Positions 52,124-61,274 are shown, numbered from the stretch's first letter. The stretch: 64,000 nucleotides of DNA from Thermovirgaceae bacterium (GCA_040767805.1 JAXGNU010000001.1:128001-192000), one strand, 5' to 3'. Translations and numbers: made by a program. Notes: generated by a model not told the origin, from the letters alone.

Positions 52124-54768
52124 ACCCCTTCCCCCGTCATGTCGAGCACCAATCGGCGGACGCCCTCGAGCGCCGCGGGCAGGCCGCCCACGTCCCTGAA
52201 CCCTGCCTGGGCCATGTCGGCCCTGCCGCCGCCCCCGCCGCCCAGGGAGGCCGCGATCCTCCTCACCAGGATGCCGCAGTCGACCCCCAGGGCCACGGCC
52301 TTTTTATCGGCCATGGCCACCAGGTTGCCCCGGTCTCCTTCCCCCGTCGCGAGGACGACCACCACCGGCGACAGCCTCTGCCTGACCCTGTCCCCCACTT
52401 CCCTCAAGGCCTCGGGGCCGGAACCCTCCAGGACGCCCGTCACGACGGAGACGCCCCCCGCTTCCTCGCGGCCGCGGAGGAGTTCCTCGACCCGGGCAAG
52501 GGCCTGGCGGCTCTTCTGCCTCTCCAGTTGGCCCGATAGGAGGCGGTTCTCCCGGATCACCTCCTCGGCCCTCTTCTCCAGTTCCTCGGCGGGGACGGAA
52601 AAGAGCCTCTCCAGGGCCTCGACCTTCCCTGAAAGCCCCTGGTAGTGCAGGAAAGCGGGGAGGCCCGCCAGGGCGGTGATCCTCCTCACCCCGGAACCGA
52701 TGCCCTCCTCGCGGATGATCTTGAAGGAGCCTATGTCACCGGTGGCGTCCACGTGGGTGCCGCCGCAGAGCTCGGCGCTGAAGCCGGGGACGCGGACCAC
52801 CCTCACCTCGGAGCCGTACTTTTCGTTGAAGAGCGCCTTGGCGCCGAGCCTCTTCGCGCTCTCCATGTCCGTCAATATCACCTCGAGGGGCGTGTTGAGG
52901 AGGATCTGGCGGTTCACCATCACCTCCACCCGGTTGATCTCCTCCCCGGAGAGGGGCTTCATGTGGGTGAAGTCGAAACGGAGCATCTCCTCGTTCACAA
53001 GGGAGCCGGCCTGGGTGACATGACGCCCCAGGACCCTCGTCAGGGCCTCGTGGAGGAGGTGGGTGGCGGTGTGGTGGGCCCTGATGGCGCTCCGCCTCGG
53101 GCCGTCCACCTCGGCGACGACGGGCAGGCCGACGGCGGCCTCGCCCCTGGTGACGACGACCCTGTGGGCCACCAGGTCGCCGGAGGTCTTGATGGTATCG
53201 GTGACCTCGGCCAGGAAGGACTCCCCGCTGATGGTGCCCCTGTCGCCGACCTGGCCGCCCCCCTCACCGTAGAAGGGAGTCTCCCCCAGGACCAGGAGGG
53301 TCTCGGAGCCCTCGGGGGCCGATGCCACCCTCCTGTCATCGACGATGACGGCGGTGATCGTGGTGTTGGCCCTCTCGGAGACGTAGCCGCAGAAGGTCGT
53401 GGCCCCCTGCTCCTCGCTGATCTCGTCGAAAAGGCTCTTGCCGGCGCCTCGGGACGCAGCCTTGGCCCCGGCCCTCGCCCTCTCCCTCTGCTTTTCCATC
53501 TCCTCCTCGAAGCCTTCACGGTCCACCGAGACGCCCTTCTCCTGGCAGACCTCCTCGGTCAGTTCGTAGGGGAAGCCGAAGGTGTCGTAGAGTTCAAAGG
53601 CCACGCTCCCGGGGAGGGTATCCCCCCTGCCCGGGGCCAGGGAACCTATCTCAGACTCGAGGAGGCGGAGGCCCATCTCCAGGGTCTTCCCGAACCGCTC
53701 CTCCTCCAGTTCCACCACCTGGCCTATGAGGGGCCGCTGTTCTATGAGCTCCCCGTAGGGATCGCCCATCACGTCGAGCAGCGCGGGGTAGAGCTCCATC
53801 AGGAAGGGCCTGTCAACCCCGAAGAGCCTCCCGAAGCGCACGGCCCTCCTCAATATCCGCCTGAGGACGTAGCCCCGCCCCTCGTTCGACGGGAGGACCC
53901 CGTCGGCTATCATGAAGGCCGTGGCCCTGAAGTGGTCCGCGATGACCCTGGCGGCCCTGTCGCCCGACGGGCCGTCGCCGTATCGGGTGCCGCAGATCTC
54001 GCAGGACTTGTCTATCAGCGGCTTGAAGAGGTCCGTCCGGAAGTCACCCTCCACCTGCTGGACCACCGACGACAGGCGCTCCAGGCCCATACCGGTGTCG
54101 ATGTTCTGCTTGGGCAGCGGCTCCAGTGTCCCGTCCTCCAACCGGTTGTACTGCATGAAGACGAGGTTCCACACCTCCAGGTAGCGGTCGCACTCGCAGC
54201 CCACGCCGCAGTCGGGCCTCCCGCAGGAGAAGGAGGGCCCCTGGTCGTAGATCAGTTCGGAGCAGGGGCCGCAGGGGCCCACGGGTCCCACGGACCAGAA
54301 GTTGTCCTCCTCGCCCATCCGGTAGATCCGATCCTGGGGGACGCCTATCTCGCCGTTCCAGATGGAGAAGGCCTCCTCGTCGTCCTTGTAGATGGTCGGG
54401 TAGAGCCTGTCAGGGTCCAGTCCCGCCTCCACGGTGAGGAACTCCCAGGCGAAGGCGGCGGCGCCGCTCTTGAAGTAATCGCCGAAGCTGAAGTTGCCCA
54501 GCATCTCGAAAAGGGTGTGGTGCCTCGCCGTCCTGCCCACGTTCTCTATGTCGTTGGTCCTGACGCACTTCTGGGAGGTGGTCGCCCTTTTGAAGGAGGG
54601 CTCCCGCTTGCCCAGGAAGTAGGGCTTGAAGGGGACCATCCCGGCTATGGTGAAGAGCAGCGTCGGGTCATCGGGCACCAGCGAAAAGCTGGGAAACCTC
54701 CTGTGGCCGTTCCTCTCGAAATAGGATAGAAACATTTCCCTCAGTTCCTTACCGCTTCTCCATCGCAT
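52120..54768 (-). CDS. alaS: Alanine--tRNA ligase
   Basis: RHHTLFEMLGNFSFGDYFK, DTGMGLER, HTATHLL, ELCGGTHV, GGGG..AQAG. Start at ATG 54768. Confidence 0.99.
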   Translation of the reverse strand: MRWRSGKELREMFLSYFERNGHRRFPSFSLVPDDPTLLFTIAGMVPFKPYFLGKREPSFKRATTSQKCVRTNDIENVGRTARHHTLFEMLGNFSFGDYFKSGAAAFAWEFLTVEAGLDPDRLYPTIYKDDEEAFSIWNGEIGVPQDRIYRMGEEDNFWSVGPVGPCGPCSELIYDQGPSFSCGRPDCGVGCECDRYLEVWNLVFMQYNRLEDGTLEPLPKQNIDTGMGLERLSSVVQQVEGDFRTDLFKPLIDKSCEICGTRYGDGPSGDRAARVIADHFRATAFMIADGVLPSNEGRGYVLRRILRRAVRFGRLFGVDRPFLMELYPALLDVMGDPYGELIEQRPLIGQVVELEEERFGKTLEMGLRLLESEIGSLAPGRGDTLPGSVAFELYDTFGFPYELTEEVCQEKGVSVDREGFEEEMEKQRERARAGAKAASRGAGKSLFDEISEEQGATTFCGYVSERANTTITAVIVDDRRVASAPEGSETLLVLGETPFYGEGGGQVGDRGTISGESFLAEVTDTIKTSGDLVAHRVVVTRGEAAVGLPVVAEVDGPRRSAIRAHHTATHLLHEALTRVLGRHVTQAGSLVNEEMLRFDFTHMKPLSGEEINRVEVMVNRQILLNTPLEVILTDMESAKRLGAKALFNEKYGSEVRVVRVPGFSAELCGGTHVDATGDIGSFKIIREEGIGSGVRRITALAGLPAFLHYQGLSGKVEALERLFSVPAEELEKRAEEVIRENRLLSGQLERQKSRQALARVEELLRGREEAGGVSVVTGVLEGSGPEALREVGDRVRQRLSPVVVVLATGEGDRGNLVAMADKKAVALGVDCGILVRRIAASLGGGGGGRADMAQAGFRDVGGLPAALEGVRRLVLDMTGEGV

Positions 54769-54803
54769 CTTCGGCGTACTCTCCCCCGTCTGCCGCGGCG
54801 AAC

Positions 54804-56099
54804 CTACGGCTGCCGCCGGGCGGCGCGGCGCAGCAGGTCCTCCCTGCACCGTCTCACCTCGCCCATCACGGCGTCGTGGTCCTGGCCGGGGAACTCACCG
54901 TCCCGGTAGAGCCACTTCCCGGCGCACATCGTACCAAGTATATCGGAACTGGAGCCGGCGTAAACGAGAAAATCGACGATATTTTCGCGGTCCCACCCCA
55001 CGTAGTGGGGCCGGTCCAGGTCGATCATGACCAGGTCCGCCTGCCAGCCCTCCCGGAGGAGCCCCACATCGCTGAAACCCGCCGAGGCGGCCCCCGAGAG
55101 GGTCGCCATCCGGAAGACGTCGCGGGAGGCCATGACGGTGGGGTCCTTCAGGGCGCCCTTGTGCAGAAGGGCGCAGAGCCTCATCTCCTCCCAGAGGTCG
55201 AGCCGGTTGTTGCTCGCCGCCCCGTCGGTGCCGAGGGAGAGGGGAACGCCGCCGTCCAGGAAGGCCTGGGCCGGGGCGTGGCCGCTGCCCAGCTTCATGT
55301 TGCTCGACGGGTTGTGGGCCACCGTCGCGCCGGTTCCAGCCAGGCCGGGTATCTCGGAAGGGGGGAACCAGACGCAGTGGGCGAGGATGGCCGGGCATGA
55401 ACCCAGGAGGCCGGCCTCCTCCAGGTACGCCACGGGAGAGAGGCCGTACTTATCCTTGAGGAAGGACGGTTCCCACTCGGCCTCGAGGAAGTGGAAGTGC
55501 ACCCCCGCTCCTATCTCCGCGGCCAGGGCCGTTATGCCCTTCATCGCTTCCAGGGAGACCGTGTAGGGGGCGTGGGGCCCCAGCTGCACCGTGACAAGGT
55601 CCCTGCCGTGCCAGCGGCGGAAGAGATCGGCCCCCTCCCGGGCCTTGGCGGGGTCGTCGCCGGTGAGCCCCCGGCTCAGGCAGCACCGGATGCCCCTCTC
55701 GGCGGCGGCCCTGGCCACCTCGTCCATCTCGAAGTACATGTCGCAAAAACAGGTCGTCCCCGTGGAGGCCATCTCCATGACGGCCCCCCTGGTCCCCCAG
55801 TAGATGTGCTCCGGGAGGAGCCCCGCCTCGACGGGCCATATCCTCTCCTGGAGCCACTCCATGACGGGCAGTTCCTCCCCCAGCCCCCGGAGGAGGACCA
55901 TGGCGGCGTGGGTGTGGCCGTTGACGAAGCCCGGCGCCAGGAGGGCCTTCCCCTCACCCCTGACCGTCTCGCCGCCAGAAGGCCCGGGGAGGTCTTTCCC
56001 CAGGCGCGCTATCCTGCCGCCCTCGACCAGGAGGTCGCCCCGGGCCGCCCTTCCCATCTCGGAATCGATGTAATAAAAATCTTTGAAAAGGACAGCCAC
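54804..56099 (-). CDS. mtaD: MTA/SAH/5'-deoxyadenosine deaminase (MtaD/DadD-like amidohydrolase)
   Basis: GHTHAAM, DMYF, PHAPYT, H.H..E, AHCV, HNPSSNMKLGSG, GTDGAASNN. Confidence 0.85.
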   Translation of the reverse strand: MAVLFKDFYYIDSEMGRAARGDLLVEGGRIARLGKDLPGPSGGETVRGEGKALLAPGFVNGHTHAAMVLLRGLGEELPVMEWLQERIWPVEAGLLPEHIYWGTRGAVMEMASTGTTCFCDMYFEMDEVARAAAERGIRCCLSRGLTGDDPAKAREGADLFRRWHGRDLVTVQLGPHAPYTVSLEAMKGITALAAEIGAGVHFHFLEAEWEPSFLKDKYGLSPVAYLEEAGLLGSCPAILAHCVWFPPSEIPGLAGTGATVAHNPSSNMKLGSGHAPAQAFLDGGVPLSLGTDGAASNNRLDLWEEMRLCALLHKGALKDPTVMASRDVFRMATLSGAASAGFSDVGLLREGWQADLVMIDLDRPHYVGWDRENIVDFLVYAGSSSDILGTMCAGKWLYRDGEFPGQDHDAVMGEVRRCREDLLRRAARRQP

Positions 56100-56105
56100 G
56101 GCCCT

Positions 56106-57368
56106 TCACTCCCTCCACTGGCGCAGGTACTCTTCCTGCTCCCTGGTAGGCGCCTCGAGCCGGATGCCCCTCGCCTCGAGGGCCGTCCTGACCACGTCGG
56201 AATCTATCTCGCCGGGGACGTCGTATACGCCCGGGGGCAGCCGGTTTTCGGCCAGGTGCAGGACCGACCCCAGTTGGAGGCCGAAGCTCAGGTCCATGAT
56301 CTCTATGGGGTGCCCGTCGCCGGCGGCGAGGTTGACTAGCCTCCCCTGGGCGAGGAGGCTTATCCTCCTGCCGTCGCCTAGGACGTAGGTGGTGACGTTG
56401 TCCCTGGCCTCGCAGACCTCCTTCGAGAGTTGCTCGAGGGCGATCTTGTCGATCTCTACGTCGAAATGACCGGCGTTGCCCAGGATGGCCCCGTCCTTCA
56501 TGACCCGGAAGTGCTCCTCCCGGATGACGTCCCTGTTGCCCGTGAGGGTCAGGAACAGGTCGCCCATGGCCGCGGCCTCCATCATATCGCAGACCTGGCA
56601 TCCGTCCATCAGGGCCTCGAAGGCCCTGTGGGGGTCCGTCTCGACGACGACGACCCTGGCGCCGAAGCCCTTGGCCCTCATGGCGACGCCGCGGCCGCAC
56701 CAGCCGTAGCCCGCCACGACGAAGACCTTGCCGGCGATGAGGACGTTGGTGGCCCTCATCAGCCCGTCGAAGACGGACTGGCCCGTCCCGTAGCGGTTGT
56801 CGAAGAGGAACTTGCTCCTGGCGTCGTTGACGGAGATCACCGGGAAGGCCAGGACACCCTGGTCCATCATGGCCTTGAGCCTCCTGACGCCGGTGGTGGT
56901 CTCCTCGGACCCGCCCCTCACCCGGGGAAGGAGCGCCGGGTACTTCTCGTGGGCCGTCACCACCAGGTCGGCCCCGTCGTCGACGAGGATCCCCGGCGAG
57001 CGGTCCAGGACGGACTCCAGGTTTTCGAAATACTCCCTCCCGCTCATCCCCCTCCAACTGAAGACGGCGACGCCCTCCCTGACGAGGTAGGCGCAGACGT
57101 CGTCCTGGGTGGAGAGGGGGTTGCTCCCCGCGGCGGCCACCTCGGCGCCCAGTTCCTTAAGGGCGAGCAGGAGGCAGGCCGTTTTTGCCTCCAGGTGCAG
57201 GCAGGCCCCCACGGTCACGCCGGAGAGGGGCCTTTCGCCCTCGCTCCTCTCGACGAACTTCGCCAGGACGGGCATCCTCCCTCTGGCCCAGAGGACCTTC
57301 CTTTCACCCTCCCCGGAAAGGGAGGCGTCGGCGATGCGGGAACCCTTCAAGGGACCATCTCCTGTCAT
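56106..57368 (-). CDS. ahcY: Adenosylhomocysteinase-family hydrolase (short archaeal/Thermotoga type)
   Basis: CLHLEAKT, NPLSTQDD, EETTTG, FDNRYGTGQS, GYGWCGRG, GHFDVE, GHP.EIMD. Start at ATG 57368. Confidence 0.95.
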   Translation of the reverse strand: MTGDGPLKGSRIADASLSGEGERKVLWARGRMPVLAKFVERSEGERPLSGVTVGACLHLEAKTACLLLALKELGAEVAAAGSNPLSTQDDVCAYLVREGVAVFSWRGMSGREYFENLESVLDRSPGILVDDGADLVVTAHEKYPALLPRVRGGSEETTTGVRRLKAMMDQGVLAFPVISVNDARSKFLFDNRYGTGQSVFDGLMRATNVLIAGKVFVVAGYGWCGRGVAMRAKGFGARVVVVETDPHRAFEALMDGCQVCDMMEAAAMGDLFLTLTGNRDVIREEHFRVMKDGAILGNAGHFDVEIDKIALEQLSKEVCEARDNVTTYVLGDGRRISLLAQGRLVNLAAGDGHPIEIMDLSFGLQLGSVLHLAENRLPPGVYDVPGEIDSDVVRTALEARGIRLEAPTREQEEYLRQWRE

Positions 57369-58384
57369 TTTGTCTTCTTGTCGTCCAGGGCGGAAAAATC
57401 GTAGGGGGGTCCGAAAACCCCTTTTTCGCAGATGAAAGCCTTTACGTACCTGGCGGGGGTCACGTCGAAGGCCGGATTCCAGACCTTCACCCCCTCGGGC
57501 AGCCTCCCGCCGCCGGGGAGGAGGCGCACCTCCTCGTCGGGGCGCTCCTCGATGACGATGTCCTCCCCCGACGGGAGGGAGGTGTCGAAGGTGCTCCAGG
57601 GGGCCGCCGCGTAGAAGGGGACGCCGTGCTCCCTGGCGAGGATCGCCAGGCTGTAGGTGCCGATCTTGTTGGCGAAGTCGCCGTTGGAGGCTACCCGGTC
57701 GGCCCCTACGATGACGGCGTCGATGCCGCGGTTCTTCATGAGCGACGCCGCCATGGAGTCGCAGATGACGGTCACGTCGAAACCTTCCTCGGCCAGTTCC
57801 CACGCGGAAAGGCGGGAGCCCTGGAGGACGGGCCTCGTCTCGCCGAGGTAGACCTTGACCTCCTTGCCGCTCTCCCTGGCGGCCCTGACGACCCCGAGGG
57901 CCGTGCCGTAACCGCCGGTGGCGAGGGCACCGGCGTTGCAGTGGCTCAGGACGCTGCACTTCCTCGGGAGGAGGGCCTGGCCCAGGAAGCCCATGGCGCG
58001 GTTTGCGGCCCGGTCCTCTTCCAGTATCCGCCGCGCCTCCTCCAGCAGCGCCGACCGCAACTCCTCCCCTTTGGGGGTGGCGAGGGCCTTTTCGAGCATC
58101 CTCTCCACGGCCCAGGAGAGGTTCACCGCCGTGGGCCTCGTCGAAGCAAGCCTCAAGGCGGCGGCCCTAACCCCTTCCAGGCCTCCGTCGGCGGCGAGGG
58201 CCATGCCGAAGGCCGCGGCGATGCCTATCGCCGGGGCCCCCCTGACGGCGAGGCTCTCGATGGCCCGGGCGACGCACTCGGGGTCGCCGCACCGGATGCG
58301 CTCGACCTTCGAGGGCAAAAGCCTCTGGTCCAGCAGCACCAGCCGCCCGCCCTCGGGGTCCCACTCCACGGCCCGGACGCTCAT
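57365..58384 (-). CDS. mtnA: S-methyl-5-thioribose-1-phosphate isomerase
   Basis: LLDQRLLP, VRGAPAIG, RPTAVNL, HCNAGALAT, ETRPVLQG, ANKIGT, NPAFDVTP. Confidence 0.96.
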   Translation of the reverse strand: MSVRAVEWDPEGGRLVLLDQRLLPSKVERIRCGDPECVARAIESLAVRGAPAIGIAAAFGMALAADGGLEGVRAAALRLASTRPTAVNLSWAVERMLEKALATPKGEELRSALLEEARRILEEDRAANRAMGFLGQALLPRKCSVLSHCNAGALATGGYGTALGVVRAARESGKEVKVYLGETRPVLQGSRLSAWELAEEGFDVTVICDSMAASLMKNRGIDAVIVGADRVASNGDFANKIGTYSLAILAREHGVPFYAAAPWSTFDTSLPSGEDIVIEERPDEEVRLLPGGGRLPEGVKVWNPAFDVTPARYVKAFICEKGVFGPPYDFSALDDKKTK

Positions 58385-59607
58385 GCCCTGGCCCCCGGCT
58401 TGAGGCCCCCGGCCCGGACGGAATCGACCCTCGTTTTGGCCCTCCCGTCGAGGAAGGCCACGACCAGTTCGTCGCCGGAGGAGACTTCCGCCGCCCTGGC
58501 GACGGGGGAACCGTCGGCCTTCGAGCAGGAGGCGAAGCCCCTGGCAAGGGTCTTGAGGGGCGAAAGGGCGTCGAGGGCCGAGGCGGCCTCCCCGAAGAGG
58601 GACCACGCAAGGGCCAGAGTCCTCTCGATGGAGGTCACGGCCCGGACCCGGAGCCTCTCCAGTTCAGTCCCGGCGGGGAAGAGGGCGGACCTCTCGAAGG
58701 ACCTCGCCAGGGAGTCCGCCCTGCCGTCGAGGAGCAGGCGGTGGCGATGCATCTCCCGGTCGAGGCTGGCCGCCATCAGTGCCCTGGAGCCGGCCACCCG
58801 GCGGAGGAGGTCGCCCTTGTCGGGGAAGAGGGCCTCGGCGGCCGCCGAGGGTGTGGGGGCGTCGTAGTCGGCGGCCAGGTCGGAGAGGGTCCGGTCCACC
58901 TGGTGCCCCAGCCCCGTTACCACCGGGACGCGGCAGTTCCTGACGGCCCTGACCACTTCCTCCTCGTCGAAGGGGTTGAGGTCGTCGCGGCTGCCCCCGC
59001 CCCTCACGAGCATGACCGCCTCGACGCCGGGGAGGTTCCCGGCCCGGGCAAGGCCCCGGGTTATCTCCTCGATCGCACCGGCCCCCTGGACCAGCGTGGG
59101 GACGACTATTATGCGGCAGAGGGGGAACCTCTCCCGGGCCACCTTGATGACATCCCTGACGGCGGCACCGGTGGGCGAGGTCACGACGGCGACCTCGAGG
59201 GGAAGGGGCGGGAGCCTCCTCTTGACGGAGGGTTCGAAAAGGCCCTCCTTCTGGAGGCGCTCCAGGAGTTCCTTTTTCGCCCTGGTCTGGGCGGCCTCCC
59301 CCAGGGGCCTGATGGTCCTGGCATAGACCTGGTAGGTGCCCCTCGGGCCGTAAACGCCGACCTTCCCCGTGACCAGGACCTCGTCGCCGTCGGCGGGCCA
59401 CGAGGGAACGCACCCGGCGTCGGACCGGAAGAGGGCGCAGGAGACCCTCGTCTGGTCGCCGAGGAGGGTGAAGTAGACGTGACCGCTGGTGTGGCGCTTG
59501 AAACCCGACAGGGTGCCCCTCACCTGGAGGCTGGAGAGGACCTCGCTCTCCTCGAAGAGGAAGCTGATGTAGCGGGTCAGTTCATCGACGGTCAGGATCC
59601 CCGCCAT
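58381..59607 (-). CDS. xseA: Exodeoxyribonuclease VII large subunit
   Basis: SGHVYFTL, VTSPTGAAVRD, RGGGS, GH..D..LSD.AAD..APTPSAAAE, LSPL..L.RG. Confidence 0.96.
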   Translation of the reverse strand: MAGILTVDELTRYISFLFEESEVLSSLQVRGTLSGFKRHTSGHVYFTLLGDQTRVSCALFRSDAGCVPSWPADGDEVLVTGKVGVYGPRGTYQVYARTIRPLGEAAQTRAKKELLERLQKEGLFEPSVKRRLPPLPLEVAVVTSPTGAAVRDVIKVARERFPLCRIIVVPTLVQGAGAIEEITRGLARAGNLPGVEAVMLVRGGGSRDDLNPFDEEEVVRAVRNCRVPVVTGLGHQVDRTLSDLAADYDAPTPSAAAEALFPDKGDLLRRVAGSRALMAASLDREMHRHRLLLDGRADSLARSFERSALFPAGTELERLRVRAVTSIERTLALAWSLFGEAASALDALSPLKTLARGFASCSKADGSPVARAAEVSSGDELVVAFLDGRAKTRVDSVRAGGLKPGARA

Positions 59608-60049
59608 GGGGTTTTTCCGCTCCTTCCTCGCTCTCCAGGGCCCTTACGATCTTGCCCAGCACGCCGTTCACGAACCTGCCCGACTCGGCGGTGCCGAACT
59701 GCTTCGAAAGTTCCACCGCCTCGGAGATGGCCACCGGCACCGGTATCATCCCGGCGACGACGCTCTCGTAGAGGGCGAGCCTTATGGCCACGCGGTCTAC
59801 GATGACCATCCGCTCGGGCCTCCAGCCGACGATATGCTTCCTCACCAGGTCGTCGATGCCGTTCTTGCTCTTGAAGACCCCCAGGACCAGCAGGGCGGCG
59901 TAGCTCTTGACTTCTTCGTCCTCGGCGTCGAAGGGGTACAGTTCCACCGCCAGTTCCGGCGTGACGCCCTCGCGCATATCCATGGAATAGAGGATCTGGA
60001 GGGCGATCTCCCTCGACCTTCTTCTCTTCTGGGGAAGGATGGCCTTCAA
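59582..60049 (-). CDS. nusB: Transcription antitermination factor NusB
   Basis: RRRSREIALQILY, VDR.AIRLA.YE, EAVELSKQF, FVNGVL. TTG start at 60049. Confidence 0.95.
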   Translation of the reverse strand: MKAILPQKRRRSREIALQILYSMDMREGVTPELAVELYPFDAEDEEVKSYAALLVLGVFKSKNGIDDLVRKHIVGWRPERMVIVDRVAIRLALYESVVAGMIPVPVAISEAVELSKQFGTAESGRFVNGVLGKIVRALESEEGAEKPHGGDPDRR

Positions 60050-60552
60050 CTTGCCCCCGTCCCCCCACCGGGCCTCTTGCCCAGGCGCTGCCGGAACCAC
60101 CGGCGTATCTCGCCTCCCCGCTCGGTGGTGAAGAGCGCCGCCGCCGCGAAGGCCGCGACTCCCCAGGCCGTGGACAAAAGGGTCCCGGAGAACCCCATCC
60201 TGAGGACCGCCACCAGCACCCAGGCCGCAACCCCCCAGGCCAGGGGGTTACGCGCCAGGCCCGAGGCCGCCAGGCTCTCCCCGAAACCGCCCTGCCTGGT
60301 CCACCCCGCCTGGATGTTCGAAAAACCCAGTTCCAGGGCGAATTCCCTGAAATTGTCCTCGGCGGTCGTCATAGCCGCGGCTGACAACCCCGGTTCGCGG
60401 ACAAAGGAGGCATTGAGCGTGTCCCGGTCCGCCAGGAGGATCACCTCCGAGCATTCGGGGCCCTCGGGGTGCATCCTGCTGAAGGCGTCCCGGAGGCCTT
60501 CCCCGGAAAGCCAGAGTTCACCCTCTTCTCCCGATCTCCAGAAGTAAAACAC
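60046..60552 (-). CDS. Hypothetical membrane protein (soluble N-domain plus two C-terminal TM helices)
   Basis: GGAGG RBS before GTG 60552; hydrophobic C-terminal hairpin; occupies the asp23-nusB slot. Confidence 0.65.
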   Translation of the reverse strand: MFYFWRSGEEGELWLSGEGLRDAFSRMHPEGPECSEVILLADRDTLNASFVREPGLSAAAMTTAEDNFREFALELGFSNIQAGWTRQGGFGESLAASGLARNPLAWGVAAWVLVAVLRMGFSGTLLSTAWGVAAFAAAALFTTERGGEIRRWFRQRLGKRPGGGTGAS

Positions 60553-60567
60553 TCCGACCCCTCCCAT

Positions 60568-60599
60568 AACATGAAAGGCCGGTCCCAGGGGGACCGGCC
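60568..60599 (-). terminator. Terminator-like hairpin immediately before the RBS of the membrane protein/nusB genes
   Basis: Perfect 10-bp stem GGCCGGTCCC/GGGACCGGCC followed by an imperfect U-tract, TTTCATGTT. Confidence 0.5.
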
Positions 60600-60711
60600 G
60601 CTTGATAACCGGGCTCGGCCGGTTCGATCAGGGCTTGTCCTTTTACCAGTGCCGGAAACACCGGCTTTAGCCCTTCCAGGGCGCGGGGCCCCTCCCCCTC
60701 ACGGGGCGGGG

Positions 60712-61239
60712 TCATTCCTTTTTGTCTTTCTCTTTCTCTTTTTCTTTTTCCTTTTCCTTCGCTTTTTCCGCTTCCTTCTTTTTCTTTTCGTCGCCCGGTT
60801 CCTTAACGGCACTCTGTTCGTGCTCGAAGTAGACCCCCTGGACGAAGACGTTCACGCCCTTGACGGCGTAACCGGTGAACTGTTCCAGGGTCTTCTTGAT
60901 GGACTCCTGGACGTCCCAGGCGACGTCGGGGATCCTGAGGCCGTACCTCGTGGTGATGAAGGCATCGACCACCACGGAAGGCGTCTCCCCCTCCTCGACG
61001 GAGATGCGCACCCCGCCGGAGGTCTTCTTGCCCAGTCTCAGGTTGGCCACCAGGCCGGGACTGGCCGGTTGAACGCCGTTCACCTTGAGAAGGGCCTGGG
61101 TGGCGATCTGGCCTATGACCTCTTCCGATATCTTGACGGTGCCCTCGCTCTTCTCCTCCGGCATCAAGGGGTCCGTCACCGGGGCGTCGGCACCCATGAC
61201 GGCCTCTTCCTGGTCAAGTTCTTTTTTGGATGGGCTCAT
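60712..61239 (-). CDS. Asp23/Gls24-family protein (YqhY-like) with a Lys/Glu-rich tail
   Basis: GTVKISEEVI..IA, YG..IPDVA..VQ..IK..LE..TG..V..VNV.VQGV. Confidence 0.92.
   Translation of the reverse strand: MSPSKKELDQEEAVMGADAPVTDPLMPEEKSEGTVKISEEVIGQIATQALLKVNGVQPASPGLVANLRLGKKTSGGVRISVEEGETPSVVVDAFITTRYGLRIPDVAWDVQESIKKTLEQFTGYAVKGVNVFVQGVYFEHEQSAVKEPGDEKKKKEAEKAKEKEKEKEKEKDKKE
60716..60790 (-). repeat. Low-complexity purine-rich tract encoding a (KE)n tail
   Basis: Imperfect tandem GAAAAR units giving EKKKKEAEKAKEKEKEKEKEKDKKE. Confidence 0.7.
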
Positions 61240-61274
61240 GGCCTCCCCCTCCTCCCGTTGATCTTAGAACATAA

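Noticed and set aside
52645..54729. 694-aa plus-strand ORF antisense to alaS, and similar long antisense ORFs (25408-27057, 47500-49095, 57185-58867, 7561-8817)
   Set aside because: Shadow ORFs expected from GC-rich codon bias; they have no recognisable motifs and overlap well-supported genes.
60596..60612. UUAUCAAG resembling the start of a SAM-I riboswitch
   Set aside because: The remaining SAM-I core (kink-turn P2, GCAACC, closing GAU) is absent.
60518..60715. 65-aa ORF spanning the asp23 downstream region
   Set aside because: It has no recognisable features and coincides with the hairpin cluster and the next gene's RBS; more likely non-coding.
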